A DNA stretch of 64,000 nucleotides, taken from NCBI GenBank assembly GCA_964578905.1, contig CAZOER010000002.1:4840-68839 (forward strand), given 5' to 3'. The notes under the pieces were generated by a model. The model was not told the DNA's origin and ran no database searches. It saw only the letters and a program-made list of their open reading frames with translations. Within the stretch, counting starts at the first letter, position 1, and the number at the start of each line of letters is the position of its first letter. The position numbers and the translations under genes are program-made. This stretch comes from an uncultured Candidatus Peribacteria bacterium (GTDB lineage: Bacteria > Patescibacteriota > Gracilibacteria > UBA4473). Of the stretch, positions 8,246 to 17,426 are shown piece by piece.

Positions 8246-8850
8246 AAATTATTCTCGCATCAGGATCACCAACACGGAAAGACATGCTCACAAAAATGGG
8301 TATGCAATTTACCGTCGTAAAACCTGATTGCGAGGAAAAGGTGGAAAACTCTCAGACTATGGAATCGCAGGTAAAGCGCTTGGCGAAAGAGAAAACAGCG
8401 AGCGTTTACAATAAATTCTCTCAAGAAAAAGACGTTCTCATTCTCGGATTCGACTCACTTGTTGAAGTCGATAATCAGATACTTGGAAAACCGAAAACAA
8501 AGAAAGAGGCGTTTGAAATGTTCCAGAAATTTGTGGGGAAAAAGGTTGGAACGTTTACCGGCATGACGGTGGCAGGAAACGTGAATGGAAAATACGTTGA
8601 AAAAACGATTGTTGAAAAATCATGGCTGGTATTTCGTTCAGATATTACCAATTGCCAAATCCGATTATTCCTCGACTTTGATCAATGGCAGGGAAAAGCC
8701 GGTGGTATCACTATTGAAGGAATCGGCGCATTTTTGCTTGCTGACATCGAAGGGGACTACCAAAACGTACTGGGCATTCCCGTTATCAAGATGGGGGAAG
8801 TGATTCGAGAACTCACGGGGAAATCACCGCTTAAAGTTTTTACAAAATAA
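8242..8850 (+). CDS. maf: Maf-like nucleoside-triphosphate pyrophosphatase
   Basis: MKIILASGSPTRKDML... plus ...GKAGGITIEG.G..L...IEGDY.NV.G.P is the Maf family pattern. Confidence 0.85.
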   Translation: MKIILASGSPTRKDMLTKMGMQFTVVKPDCEEKVENSQTMESQVKRLAKEKTASVYNKFSQEKDVLILGFDSLVEVDNQILGKPKTKKEAFEMFQKFVGKKVGTFTGMTVAGNVNGKYVEKTIVEKSWLVFRSDITNCQIRLFLDFDQWQGKAGGITIEGIGAFLLADIEGDYQNVLGIPVIKMGEVIRELTGKSPLKVFTK

Positions 8851-8852
8851 TT

Positions 8853-8882
8853 CCTCCCCTGGTAGGGGAGGCTAGGTGGGGT
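8853..8882 (+). repeat. G/C hairpin plus CTAGGTGGGGT tail motif (copy 2)
   Basis: CCTCCCC (8853-8859), loop TGGTA, GGGGAGG (8865-8871), then CTAGGTGGGGT. Same architecture as copy 1. Confidence 0.6.
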
Positions 8883-8892
8883 ATTGTTATTT

Positions 8893-8925
8893 CCACCCCC
8901 TCTAACTCCCCCTTACTAGGGGGAG
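8893..8925 (-). repeat. G/C hairpin plus tail motif (copy 3, inverted orientation)
   Basis: The minus strand reads CTCCCCC-TAGTAA-GGGGGAG followed by TTAGAGGGGGTGG. Copies 2 and 3 face each other downstream of maf. Confidence 0.55.
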
Positions 8926-8989
8926 AAAAAGAAGAAATTCAGTTGATTTTTTCCTTCGAAGTTCTACTTTGAAACTAGATATCAACCCC

Positions 8990-9289
8990 ATGACATTTCA
9001 GAAAGCCGAAGATTTTTTATTTATTGCGACACAGAAGTATAATTTGCATAGACAAGCCAAAGCTTCTCTGGTGTGTGAGCGGGTTCGGAAGATCTTTAAT
9101 ACCAAGTACGAGAACTTAGCGGATCAGTGGCAGCCGATGAAATTTGAAGATGGTGTGCTCTTTATTCAAACAGAAAGTTCCTCAGCGAGTTCGGATTTAT
9201 TCCTCCGGACGCATGAGATGATTGAACTTTTCTCGGAGCACGAATTTCCTCAGAAGATCGAGGACATTCGGATTGTGAGAAAGGGTTAA
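8990..9289 (+). CDS. DUF721/DciA-like protein (tentative)
   Basis: ...ADQWQPMKFEDGVLFIQTESSSASSDLFLRTHEMIELF... resembles the DUF721 pattern (P..f.dGvL.i.v.ss.wa.eL). ATG at 8990. Confidence 0.5.
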   Translation: MTFQKAEDFLFIATQKYNLHRQAKASLVCERVRKIFNTKYENLADQWQPMKFEDGVLFIQTESSSASSDLFLRTHEMIELFSEHEFPQKIEDIRIVRKG

Positions 9290-9317
9290 TCCCTTTCTAT
9301 TTCATAATCCTAAAAAG

Positions 9318-9587
9318 ATGATAATGGAAAGATCAGAATCGGAATGGTCGTTAGATACAATCCTTTCAACGATGGATCTTTATCCGAAGTTAAAAGAATT
9401 AAAAAGTATCGTTGAAAACGATTCCACTGTGGAAGAATCACTCAGGAAATTGCTTGAAGATTTTGAATATAGTCCCAATGATTTGTTTAATCGATTAGTA
9501 ATAGCAGTAGAGGAAAAGGAAGATATACTCGTTCTAATCGCTAAGATAGAGGCAGAAGCCATTAAAAAACCAGATTCAGAAGAATAG
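9318..9587 (+). CDS. Small acidic hypothetical protein
   Basis: 89-aa ORF in an otherwise empty interval with coding-like composition. No motif recognised. Confidence 0.45.
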   Translation: MIMERSESEWSLDTILSTMDLYPKLKELKSIVENDSTVEESLRKLLEDFEYSPNDLFNRLVIAVEEKEDILVLIAKIEAEAIKKPDSEE

Positions 9588-9595
9588 GATTTACA

Positions 9596-10237
9596 TTACT
9601 TCTTCACGCCTTTCTTTGGGCACACATCGTTTAAGAAACACGCCGAGCACTTCGGCTTGGGGGCTTTGCAGTAATCGCGTCCAAATTGCACGAGCATGTG
9701 AGAGAGATCGCCCCAGTGTTCTTTGGGAATAAGCTTCATGAGATCTTTTTCGACCTTCACTGGATCGGTCTGTTTCGTGAGTCCAGTTCTTCTCGAAATC
9801 CGTCCGATGTGGGTATCGACGACGAAGCCGATGTTTTTTTGAAAGAGATTCCAGAGAATCACATTCGCGGTTTTTCTTCCTACCCCTGGTAATTTTGTGA
9901 GTTCCTCCATGGTGTCAGGAACAGTGCTTCCGTGTTCGAGTAACATTGATTGGGCACATCCAGATAAGCTCTTGGCTTTGCTTCGGAAGAATCCGGTGGA
10001 TTTAATAACCTGCTCTAGTTCCTCAATAGGACGGGCGACGTAACTCTCAAGATCGGGGAATTCTGTGAACAATGTTTCAGTCACGATGTTCACCCGCTTG
10101 TCGGTACACTGTGCTGAAAGAATCACCGCAAAGAGCAGTGTCCATGGGCGTTTTGTATCCCAATGCAAATGACAAATTTCTCCCTCATAGTGTGATGAAA
10201 CTCGTTCGACAAATGTTTGAGGGGAAATTGTTTTCAT
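9596..10237 (-). CDS. nth: Endonuclease III
   Basis: HhH-GPD motif LPGVGRKTANVIL and the C-terminal 4Fe-4S cluster C.APKPKCSACFLNDVCP. ATG at 10237 (MKTISPQ); the ORF track extends to 10387. Confidence 0.9.
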   Translation of the reverse strand: MKTISPQTFVERVSSHYEGEICHLHWDTKRPWTLLFAVILSAQCTDKRVNIVTETLFTEFPDLESYVARPIEELEQVIKSTGFFRSKAKSLSGCAQSMLLEHGSTVPDTMEELTKLPGVGRKTANVILWNLFQKNIGFVVDTHIGRISRRTGLTKQTDPVKVEKDLMKLIPKEHWGDLSHMLVQFGRDYCKAPKPKCSACFLNDVCPKKGVKK

Positions 10238-10268
10238 GTCGAGCTCTTTGTACGGTAAAATCAGGAAA

Positions 10269-11597
10269 ATGAAAATAAAAAAACACTTCCTCTTGGTGCT
10301 TTGCCTCATTCCAAGCATTGCATTCGCGAGTATTGGAAGCGATTTGAACACGATGCTCAATCGGTTTTTTGGGGGAGACGCACCCACGCAAACTATTGAA
10401 CAAATAGAAGATGTTGAGGTGATTGAAATTCCAGAAGAACCGACAGAGGAAAACTTTCAAGCACTCAAAAAGAAGATAGAAAAGGAAACGAAAGCATTAG
10501 AACTTCTCGAAAAACAAACCTTGCAGTCACAGCAAGCACTTTGGAATGCGCAATCTGAGAAGTATACCTCGCAAGGACAACTTCTCCTTCTCGATCAGGA
10601 ATTGAGCCTGCTCAAAGCAAAGATTGCAAAGTTTATTAAACAAGAAACAACGTGGAGAGAGGAACTGGAAAAGATCACGCGAGAGCAGGAAGAACTCAAA
10701 GCACTTCTGCGCGTGAAAAAGGAAGAGCTTGATACCTTTCTCAAAAAAAACTACATCCGAAATGAAAACTTCGGAAAAGGAGAGACGGTCTCGGTGCTCA
10801 AGTGGTTGTTCTCCAAAAAATCAGTTGGAGATATCCTGCAAGAAAATCGGCAGTTCCAATCATTTAAAGATCAAAAAAGAGGAGCCCTGATGGAACTCAA
10901 TCACTTGAAGCAAAAGCTTCGGGATAAAGAACGGCAAGCATTAATTCTGTTTTACCAAGCGAAAACCCTGAAGGAACAGATTGAGGCAGAGAAAAGGGGA
11001 TTGGTGGGCTTTGCAGAGAATAAAGCACGCATGATTGCACGGTCAGAATTTACAGAGGGAAAGACGGCGAAAGAGATTGAAAATTATCAACGACAAAAAA
11101 TGGAATCAACAACGTTTATTGGGAAGCTTCAATCAGCGTTGGAAAATGTTCAGCAGAAATTGGGATATTTGCCGGAAGATGAAGGCTTTCGTTTTCCGTT
11201 AAAAATAGACTTAGAGATTGCGGCATCGTTTCAGGATCCGGAATATGAAAAGGCACTTGGAAGAACGCACAAGGGGATTGATTTTGTAGCGCCCCATGGA
11301 ACGGATATATTTGCTCCCAGAAAGGGGACCGTGTCCAAGGTGAGTTTTGATACGAATGAATATGGGTATGCCTATCTCGTTCTCGACCATGGAGAAGAAC
11401 TTTTCTCCGTCTATGGGCATGTGTCAGATATTCTCGTTAATGAAGGGCAGGAGGTTGCTCAGGGCGATCTCATTGCCAAAACGGGAGGTGGACAAGGGGA
11501 AAAAGGATCGGGATATTTCACCTCGGGAGCACATCTCCATTTAGAAGTATACGAAGAGGGGGAACACCGAGATCCGATGGAGTTGCTGAAGAAATAA
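10269..11597 (+). CDS. Coiled-coil M23 family metallopeptidase (EnvC-like)
   Basis: Signal peptide MKIKKHFLLVLCLIPSIAFA, a long coiled coil, then the M23 motifs HKGIDFVAPHGT and SGAHLHLEV. ATG at 10269. Confidence 0.85.
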   Translation: MKIKKHFLLVLCLIPSIAFASIGSDLNTMLNRFFGGDAPTQTIEQIEDVEVIEIPEEPTEENFQALKKKIEKETKALELLEKQTLQSQQALWNAQSEKYTSQGQLLLLDQELSLLKAKIAKFIKQETTWREELEKITREQEELKALLRVKKEELDTFLKKNYIRNENFGKGETVSVLKWLFSKKSVGDILQENRQFQSFKDQKRGALMELNHLKQKLRDKERQALILFYQAKTLKEQIEAEKRGLVGFAENKARMIARSEFTEGKTAKEIENYQRQKMESTTFIGKLQSALENVQQKLGYLPEDEGFRFPLKIDLEIAASFQDPEYEKALGRTHKGIDFVAPHGTDIFAPRKGTVSKVSFDTNEYGYAYLVLDHGEELFSVYGHVSDILVNEGQEVAQGDLIAKTGGGQGEKGSGYFTSGAHLHLEVYEEGEHRDPMELLKK

Positions 11598-11611
11598 AAA
11601 TAAAGAACTCC

Positions 11612-11640
11612 TGTCATTCCGACCGAAGCGGAGGAATCCC
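11612..11640. repeat. Member of the small TGTCA...hairpin repeat family
   Basis: TGTCATTCCGACCGAAGCGGAGGAATCCC forms an imperfect ATTCC/GGAAT hairpin, in the same style as the elements at 20103, 23488, 28589, 32516 and 40821. Confidence 0.5.
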
Positions 11641-11821
11641 TTCTTTTATTGTGATTTGATATCGAGAAGAATGTTCTTTTTGTAACCAAAAAGAACCAAA
11701 AACTTTTGGGGACAAGAAAACTCGCTTTCATTGGCATAGCACAAAGTTGCCGAGTCCCGTTGGCGCTCAAACACTTCTCGTCCCCAAACCCCCAAGGGAT
11801 AGCAACTTTTAAACATTTACT

Positions 11822-13462
11822 CTAATTCACCGCATCGAGATAACATTTCTCACAAAACACTTTTTCAGGTCTCTCGGGAGAGAATGGTGTTTGAATATCT
11901 GCTGAACAGTTATCACATTTCCGATCCCAGAGTTTCCGAGGGAGTCGAAGCTTGATCCGATCTTCATGACGACATTGTGGACAAAGATCAGGAAGTTCGA
12001 GATTCATCTTTTTATAAAACTTCAGTTCGGGTTTTAGAATTGAGTAGTTTCTCTTGCAACGCGTACAAGCGATCGATTCTTTGCAAAGATCATTCGTTGC
12101 TTCTTGAGTCGTTGGCAATGAAGAAATTGTAGGAGATGCAAAATCATTCTTCTCAGGGTCAGCCCATTTCCAGCCTCGTGCCAATACCTCTTCCTTCGTC
12201 AAAGGAAGCACGTCCTGAGCGGTGGAGTGATTGTATGGGAAAGGGGACATAGTGACCGGAAAGAACTCTCCCCATTCACCAGTTTTCTTCATATGTTCGA
12301 TAATCTTCTCACGAAGCGCTTTATATTCGGTTTCAGAATATTGCTTATTAAAAATACAATACTGTGCCTGTCTCATGCTGGCACACCCAAAGCAATCTTT
12401 GCTTCCGTACGATTCATAAGAGTACTCAACGTTGGCACAACCTTCTCCTGCAAATTTTGAAAATTTAATATTAAAGGCGCCGATTCCCACAGCCTCACAT
12501 TCATAAATTAATTCATTGCTTCCCGCGCATCCAAAGTAACTTACATCCATACAGCTTTGAGCTCCTCGCATTTGATCACAGTACTTCATATCTTCACAAT
12601 TTTTACAATCCCAACAGTCGTGTGTGTTTTTGCAATTAAACAAATTGTCACCAGAAAAGTTCTCACATCGGAGGAAAGAACAATACTCTCTCGGCTCAGA
12701 GAGATAAATTTTTTGAAGTTGCTTCAATACCTCTTCCTGCTTTTTCTCATCCTTGAGAAGAGCTTCAAATGCTTCTTTCTTCACGGGTTTATTAAGCACG
12801 TGATAGCTCTTTTTTCGCAGTCCAACACACGCAAACACATTGTCACATCCCAAACAATCGTAGGAATGGTGAGCATCATTACAGTTGTTCAGCTTCTGTG
12901 AGTAAGTGATGTTGTAACAATCGGAACAATCAACGCATTGATATGCCAGTTCCGTTTTGAAAATATTGAAACAATCTACGCCATCACGACAGTGATCAAG
13001 ATTTTGGCAGTACAGACAATCTTCATTAAATCCGGCAGAGAAAATAAGATAACAATTTTTATTGTTGGCGGCTGCATTGGTGTATTTGGAATTTTCAGAA
13101 GTACCTTGTTGGAGTCTGGCAATTTTGGGAACACGCTCCCAGAGTTCTTCAAATTGTTCAAAGAAAGGGCGGTCAAAATCAAAATCTACCGCATAATTCT
13201 TTGCATCCCACGTATCTCCCCACCAGTGTTCGTTATCATAGACAGGGAATTTTGTCTTTTTTGCATGAACAGAAATAATCTCTTTACCAGAAGAATTACA
13301 AATCCTCTTTGAAAGATTCCGTTCATTCCGAAATGCTAACCGTCTTCGCATTCTCTCCTCAGGACAAAGTGTGGGAGTAGGAACGCCCATGTTCTCATAA
13401 AACTTCAAATCATCCTCAGTGATTTCAAAAGGCTGATTGGTTATGGGGCAGGTCTTTTTCAT
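11822..13462 (-). CDS. Cysteine-rich (about 38 Cys) zinc-ribbon repeat protein of unknown function
   Basis: 546-aa ORF. The N- and C-terminal segments share a C..[NC]....LKFY..M....P.LCP..R...R..R pattern. The central part has many C-x2-C / D-C units. Confidence 0.8.
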   Translation of the reverse strand: MKKTCPITNQPFEITEDDLKFYENMGVPTPTLCPEERMRRRLAFRNERNLSKRICNSSGKEIISVHAKKTKFPVYDNEHWWGDTWDAKNYAVDFDFDRPFFEQFEELWERVPKIARLQQGTSENSKYTNAAANNKNCYLIFSAGFNEDCLYCQNLDHCRDGVDCFNIFKTELAYQCVDCSDCYNITYSQKLNNCNDAHHSYDCLGCDNVFACVGLRKKSYHVLNKPVKKEAFEALLKDEKKQEEVLKQLQKIYLSEPREYCSFLRCENFSGDNLFNCKNTHDCWDCKNCEDMKYCDQMRGAQSCMDVSYFGCAGSNELIYECEAVGIGAFNIKFSKFAGEGCANVEYSYESYGSKDCFGCASMRQAQYCIFNKQYSETEYKALREKIIEHMKKTGEWGEFFPVTMSPFPYNHSTAQDVLPLTKEEVLARGWKWADPEKNDFASPTISSLPTTQEATNDLCKESIACTRCKRNYSILKPELKFYKKMNLELPDLCPQCRHEDRIKLRLPRKLWDRKCDNCSADIQTPFSPERPEKVFCEKCYLDAVN

Positions 13463-13465
13463 TTT

Positions 13466-14518
13466 TTAAAGATTTCTGAAATCTCTTGCGAGGTATGAAT
13501 CCCACATGGCAGAGGTAGCAGACATCACGATGTCAGCGCCCCCGTCGAGTCGGTCTTGCAGATCTTGAGCATTCATCATGCCTCCCACTCCACAAATCAC
13601 AAAGTCCGCATTTTTTTCTTTTCGTATCTTCGCCAACTCTTCGGTAAAGGCTTGTCCCGCATCTCGAATCGCTTCTCCGCAAAGTCCCGCTCGGAGCCTG
13701 TTTGCTCCTGGCAAGGCTTGCTCACCCTCAGGCGTTCTCACATCCATTGCAATTGTGTTGATTCCCGCAAACCCGTCTACATACGGAAGATTCGCATCCA
13801 CCACTGCTCGAAGTTCATCCGGTGCCAACATTCCCATCTTGATTAAGAAAGGCGTGTCCCCGATAACTTCTCGAATCGCTTTAGAAATTTTGCTCGACGT
13901 TTCGGGATCTTTGTACAGACTTCCTTCACCAGTGCAGACATTTGGACACGAGTAGTTCGCTTCAATAATCTTTGCCCCGGCTTCCTTGGCCATTCGTGCA
14001 CAATCAGCGTAGTCCTGAATCAAATCTCGTCCTTCGCCTGGTGTTCCCATGATCGATACGATCATCACTTGGCCTTCTTTAAGAGAATTATTTGCTCGCT
14101 CGATATCCGCCATCCAGACACTCGGGGGCTGAGAGGGGACCCCGAAGGAGTTCGTAATCGTAATGTCTTCCACACTCGTAGGGTCGGTTGGTCGCGTTGT
14201 AATGTCTCCTCCGATGTCAGATACATTCAATTGTCGTGGTGCATCCACAAACACGCAGTTCGGATTTGGATGACATTCTCGTTCAATCGTTCGTACAGTC
14301 TTGTACACAGGAATATCAAAGCCAAGTTTTCCGTACAGATCTATCCATTTCGAATCTAGTAACGGTCCTGCAGGAACTCCAAGAGGGGAGTTTATTTCAA
14401 AGTTCCAGAGTTTGAATTTCTTCGTTGGTATTTTGATATCAGGAAAAGGTCCCTCAAAAGACGGCCCGTTGTCATAATTCCATTGGTATGATTTATCGGT
14501 TCGGTAGATTTCTTGCAT
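13466..14518 (-). CDS. Dihydroorotate dehydrogenase family (class 1-like / dihydropyrimidine dehydrogenase-like) flavoprotein
   Basis: TIM-barrel DHOD motifs ...NSFGVPSQ..., ...IEANYSCPNV..., ...GVGGMMNAQD.... ATG at 14518; the ORF track starts at TTG 14554. Only 3 nt separate it from the downstream Cys-rich gene. Confidence 0.75.
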   Translation of the reverse strand: MQEIYRTDKSYQWNYDNGPSFEGPFPDIKIPTKKFKLWNFEINSPLGVPAGPLLDSKWIDLYGKLGFDIPVYKTVRTIERECHPNPNCVFVDAPRQLNVSDIGGDITTRPTDPTSVEDITITNSFGVPSQPPSVWMADIERANNSLKEGQVMIVSIMGTPGEGRDLIQDYADCARMAKEAGAKIIEANYSCPNVCTGEGSLYKDPETSSKISKAIREVIGDTPFLIKMGMLAPDELRAVVDANLPYVDGFAGINTIAMDVRTPEGEQALPGANRLRAGLCGEAIRDAGQAFTEELAKIRKEKNADFVICGVGGMMNAQDLQDRLDGGADIVMSATSAMWDSYLARDFRNL

Positions 14519-14567
14519 CGGGGAGATTCTAGATGATTGAACGGCGGAATTCAAAGTTTGTTACTCC

Positions 14568-14598
14568 AAAAAAAAACTCCGCCGGAGCGGAGCTTTTT
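14568..14598 (-). terminator. Rho-independent terminator of the 14619-15290 gene
   Basis: CTCCGC-CGGA-GCGGAG stem-loop flanked by an A-run on the plus strand, which is a T9 run on the minus strand. Confidence 0.75.
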
Positions 14599-14618
14599 CA
14601 TTTCGTTATAAGGGTGAA

Positions 14619-15290
14619 TTACTCAGCCTCTGTGCTGAAGAATCCTTCGAGTTCATCGCTTACGAATGGGTGAATCAAGTTTCGTTGATAACTCCCTTTT
14701 CGTTGTGAATAAAGTTTTTGTGTTCCAGATTTTGCGTTTGCTGGAGAGTAGAAGGCTCGTTGTACGTTTCGGATTTTTCGAATTGATTCGAAATCCTTCT
14801 TCCAGTATGTGTTGTAGTATTTGTTCGTATCAATTTTGTGTGTTGATCCGAAAATCACATTTGATTCCATAGCTTCTTTTCCAGCGTCTCCTCCATCAAC
14901 GTAGTAATCGATAGCTCGAGATTTGAAAACAGCTTTTCGGTTTGGACGGAAGTAGTTTCGGTCTTCCACGGGTTTTAGATTTGTATAATCTGTCATTGCT
15001 CCTGTTCGTTTCATTCTTGTAGAAACTTCAGAAGTGTTTGTTGCTTTTCGAGAATTGAGGTGCATTCGTTGTTGATACGGAACTGTTTTTTGATCAACGT
15101 TTCGTTCGTTGTGTTTCTTATTAAGGAAAGACCATCGCATTTGAAGAGCGTCATTAAGTTTCTTTTGTAGAGATAATCGGTGTGAGTAACTCCCTGTATC
15201 TTCTCGAACAGGTTCTTTATAAGCTTCAGCACTTGAGGTGAAGAGAATCCCCAGTCCAAGGGCAAGTGAAACGATAAGCATTTTTTTCAT
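14619..15290 (-). CDS. Secreted hypothetical protein
   Basis: 223-aa ORF with signal peptide MKKMLIVSLALGLGILFTSSAEA. No motif recognised. Confidence 0.7.
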   Translation of the reverse strand: MKKMLIVSLALGLGILFTSSAEAYKEPVREDTGSYSHRLSLQKKLNDALQMRWSFLNKKHNERNVDQKTVPYQQRMHLNSRKATNTSEVSTRMKRTGAMTDYTNLKPVEDRNYFRPNRKAVFKSRAIDYYVDGGDAGKEAMESNVIFGSTHKIDTNKYYNTYWKKDFESIRKIRNVQRAFYSPANAKSGTQKLYSQRKGSYQRNLIHPFVSDELEGFFSTEAE

Positions 15291-15484
15291 TTTTTCAGTG
15301 GGTTAGAGACAATAAAATGATTGTTTACGGCGAGAAGTGTAACAAGTTTCAAATTGAGTGCAAAACTTTTTAAAACTTTTTTTCACGCCCAATAAAGTAT
15401 AGAACAATAAAAAAACTTTGTGCAATTTTTCTTACACGTAATTACTTATAGAAAATAAAATGCTTTTTTTGCAAATAAAAAAAC

Positions 15485-15513
15485 TTGCAGGTTCGAACTT
15501 TTCTTCCTAGAGT
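15485..15513 (+). promoter_or_regulatory. Putative promoter TTGCAG-17-TAGAGT
   Basis: Hexamers at 15485-15490 and 15508-15513. The spacer contains GTTCGAACTT (15491-15500), identical to the nrdA leader palindrome. It lies 30 nt upstream of the ATG at 15543. Confidence 0.4.
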
Positions 15514-15542
15514 ACCCCGCGATTTCTAACCCACTATTTCAC

Positions 15543-15824
15543 ATGAAAAATCCATTGAAAGTTACGGATTGGCCAGTATCAAAAATCATCTTGGTCATCT
15601 GGATTGTTTTCTCAATCATCTTCGTCGCTAATAGCGCTCGAAACTACCTACAGCAAGAAGTGTACCAACTTGGAGCACAACACGGAATGCAAAACGCTGT
15701 TGCTCAAACAATTGCACTTGGATTGCAATGTCAGCCAGTTGCTCTTAATCTAGGAGATCAACAAGTAAACTTGATCAACCCAGCATGTGAACAACAAGCT
15801 GCTGCACCAGCTGCTACAGAGTAA
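15543..15824 (+). CDS. Small membrane-anchored protein
   Basis: 93 aa, one N-terminal TM helix (IILVIWIVFSIIFVA), two Cys and an Ala/Gln-rich tail. A strong terminator follows. Confidence 0.6.
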   Translation: MKNPLKVTDWPVSKIILVIWIVFSIIFVANSARNYLQQEVYQLGAQHGMQNAVAQTIALGLQCQPVALNLGDQQVNLINPACEQQAAAPAATE

Positions 15825-15840
15825 GCATTAAAAAAGAATA

Positions 15841-15872
15841 AAAAAAGAAGCTCCCCTCGGGGAGCTTTTTTA
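15841..15872. terminator. Bidirectional rho-independent terminator
   Basis: AAAAAAGAAGCTCCCCTCGGGGAGCTTTTTT lies between the convergent genes 15543-15824 (+) and 15893-16651 (-). Confidence 0.8.
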
Positions 15873-15892
15873 TTGCATTAAATTATCCGTGT

Positions 15893-16651
15893 CTAAATAT
15901 CAAAGTCGTGAGCACCTTGAGAATCTTTCTCTCCGTAGTCTGCTCCGAACTTCGTATCAACATTGAGGAAGTCTTTGCCATAGTTCTGGTACATCCAGAG
16001 GTAGAGAACTTCACCGATTCTATTTCCCAGTGCTAGAGCTGCCAAGAGAACAGGGAACACAAGAAGAAACGCAGAGGCGGTACTTTGTGAACTCGCAAGA
16101 GATCCTGAAATCAGGAAGAATAAAATGAGTCCAAAAATCATCCCATACACATTTACAATAAGGTATTTCGATTGATGGAGTGCTTCGAGGACGAAGAAAC
16201 TAAAGAAGGTTCCGAGCGTTAAATGAAAGACTCCCGTTATCGCGCCACCCATTTGTCCAAAGAGTTGATTTGAAAAGGCATACGCAGGAAGCATGAGAAT
16301 CAGAATTACAAGATTCCCGAAAAAGACCTGTGTGAGAGCGGTTGATCGTCGTGAGTATTTTTCATCGACCATTGTTGCCAACAATACGTAGGAGACATTA
16401 GAGGCCAACGTCGCCAAGAATACGGCCAATGTAATAATACTTAAGAAGAGGGGATGCGCTTCCGTTTGAACACTGATCCCAAATTCGTTTTTCACAACAT
16501 CACTTGGAGAAAGCGTTTCGCCAACAATGCTCCAACTGAGAAAAAGGACAATCCCTAAAACAATTGTTCCAATGAATCCTGATCCAAACCCGACCAAGAA
16601 TCGAGAAAAAATAGAAGGAAACGTGATATCCGCCTGATTAAGGTTTTTCAT
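15893..16651 (-). CDS. Polytopic membrane protein (about 6 TM), unknown function
   Basis: 252-aa ORF with hydrophobic segments throughout. Confidence 0.7.
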   Translation of the reverse strand: MKNLNQADITFPSIFSRFLVGFGSGFIGTIVLGIVLFLSWSIVGETLSPSDVVKNEFGISVQTEAHPLFLSIITLAVFLATLASNVSYVLLATMVDEKYSRRSTALTQVFFGNLVILILMLPAYAFSNQLFGQMGGAITGVFHLTLGTFFSFFVLEALHQSKYLIVNVYGMIFGLILFFLISGSLASSQSTASAFLLVFPVLLAALALGNRIGEVLYLWMYQNYGKDFLNVDTKFGADYGEKDSQGAHDFDI

Positions 16652-16710
16652 GTGTGTGTTTTTATTTCCGATTTATTGTAGAGGAAGGGGAGGGGGGAGT
16701 TCAAGTTTTT

Positions 16711-17370
16711 CTATGGCTTTCGACAATTTTCTTTTCGCCATTCCTCAATATTCTTGTGATGTCCGGAAAGAAGAACTTCAGGAACCTCCATTCCTCGAAA
16801 CTCAGCAGGGCGTGTGTAGTGCGGATATTCTAATTTTCGATCAAGACTTTTTGAAAAGCTTTCCTCGGCAGCACTTTCATCACTGCCCAAAACTCCAGGA
16901 AGGAGTCGAGCAACCCCGTCAATAATTATCTGTGCAGGAAGTTCGCCGCCAGTGAGCACAAAGTTTCCAAGAGAAATCTCTCGATCAATCAGTGCTTCAC
17001 GGACTCGTTGATCAATCCCTTCATAATGTCCACAGAGGAGAATAAGACGTTCTCCTTTCTCACTGAGTTCCTCAGCTATTTCTTGCTTGAAGGTCTCTCC
17101 CTGAGGCGTCATAAATATCACAGGTGCTTTGTCATCTTCCAATTGTTTTACATGCTCAATCGCATCAAATAAGGGTTGGCACATCATCACCATTCCTGCT
17201 CCACCACCGAAGGGAACGTCATCAACTTTATGATGTTTGTTCTCAGAAAAATCACGAATATCAAACAATCGAACTTCAATTTTTCCTTCCTCAATTGCGC
17301 GTCCGATGATGGACGTTTTTAAAAAGCTTTCGAAACTTTCTGGGAAAAGGGTCAGGATATCGAATTTCAT
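16711..17370 (-). CDS. trmD: tRNA (guanine37-N1)-methyltransferase
   Basis: MKFDILTLFPESFESFL...DDVPFGGGAGMVM...LLCGHYEGIDQRV is the TrmD signature. ATG at 17370. Confidence 0.9.
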   Translation of the reverse strand: MKFDILTLFPESFESFLKTSIIGRAIEEGKIEVRLFDIRDFSENKHHKVDDVPFGGGAGMVMMCQPLFDAIEHVKQLEDDKAPVIFMTPQGETFKQEIAEELSEKGERLILLCGHYEGIDQRVREALIDREISLGNFVLTGGELPAQIIIDGVARLLPGVLGSDESAAEESFSKSLDRKLEYPHYTRPAEFRGMEVPEVLLSGHHKNIEEWRKENCRKP

Positions 17371-17426
17371 ATTTTTGAGAAAATCTGTAATAATCTTCGA
17401 GCAAAACTTAACTTTACTACACAAGA

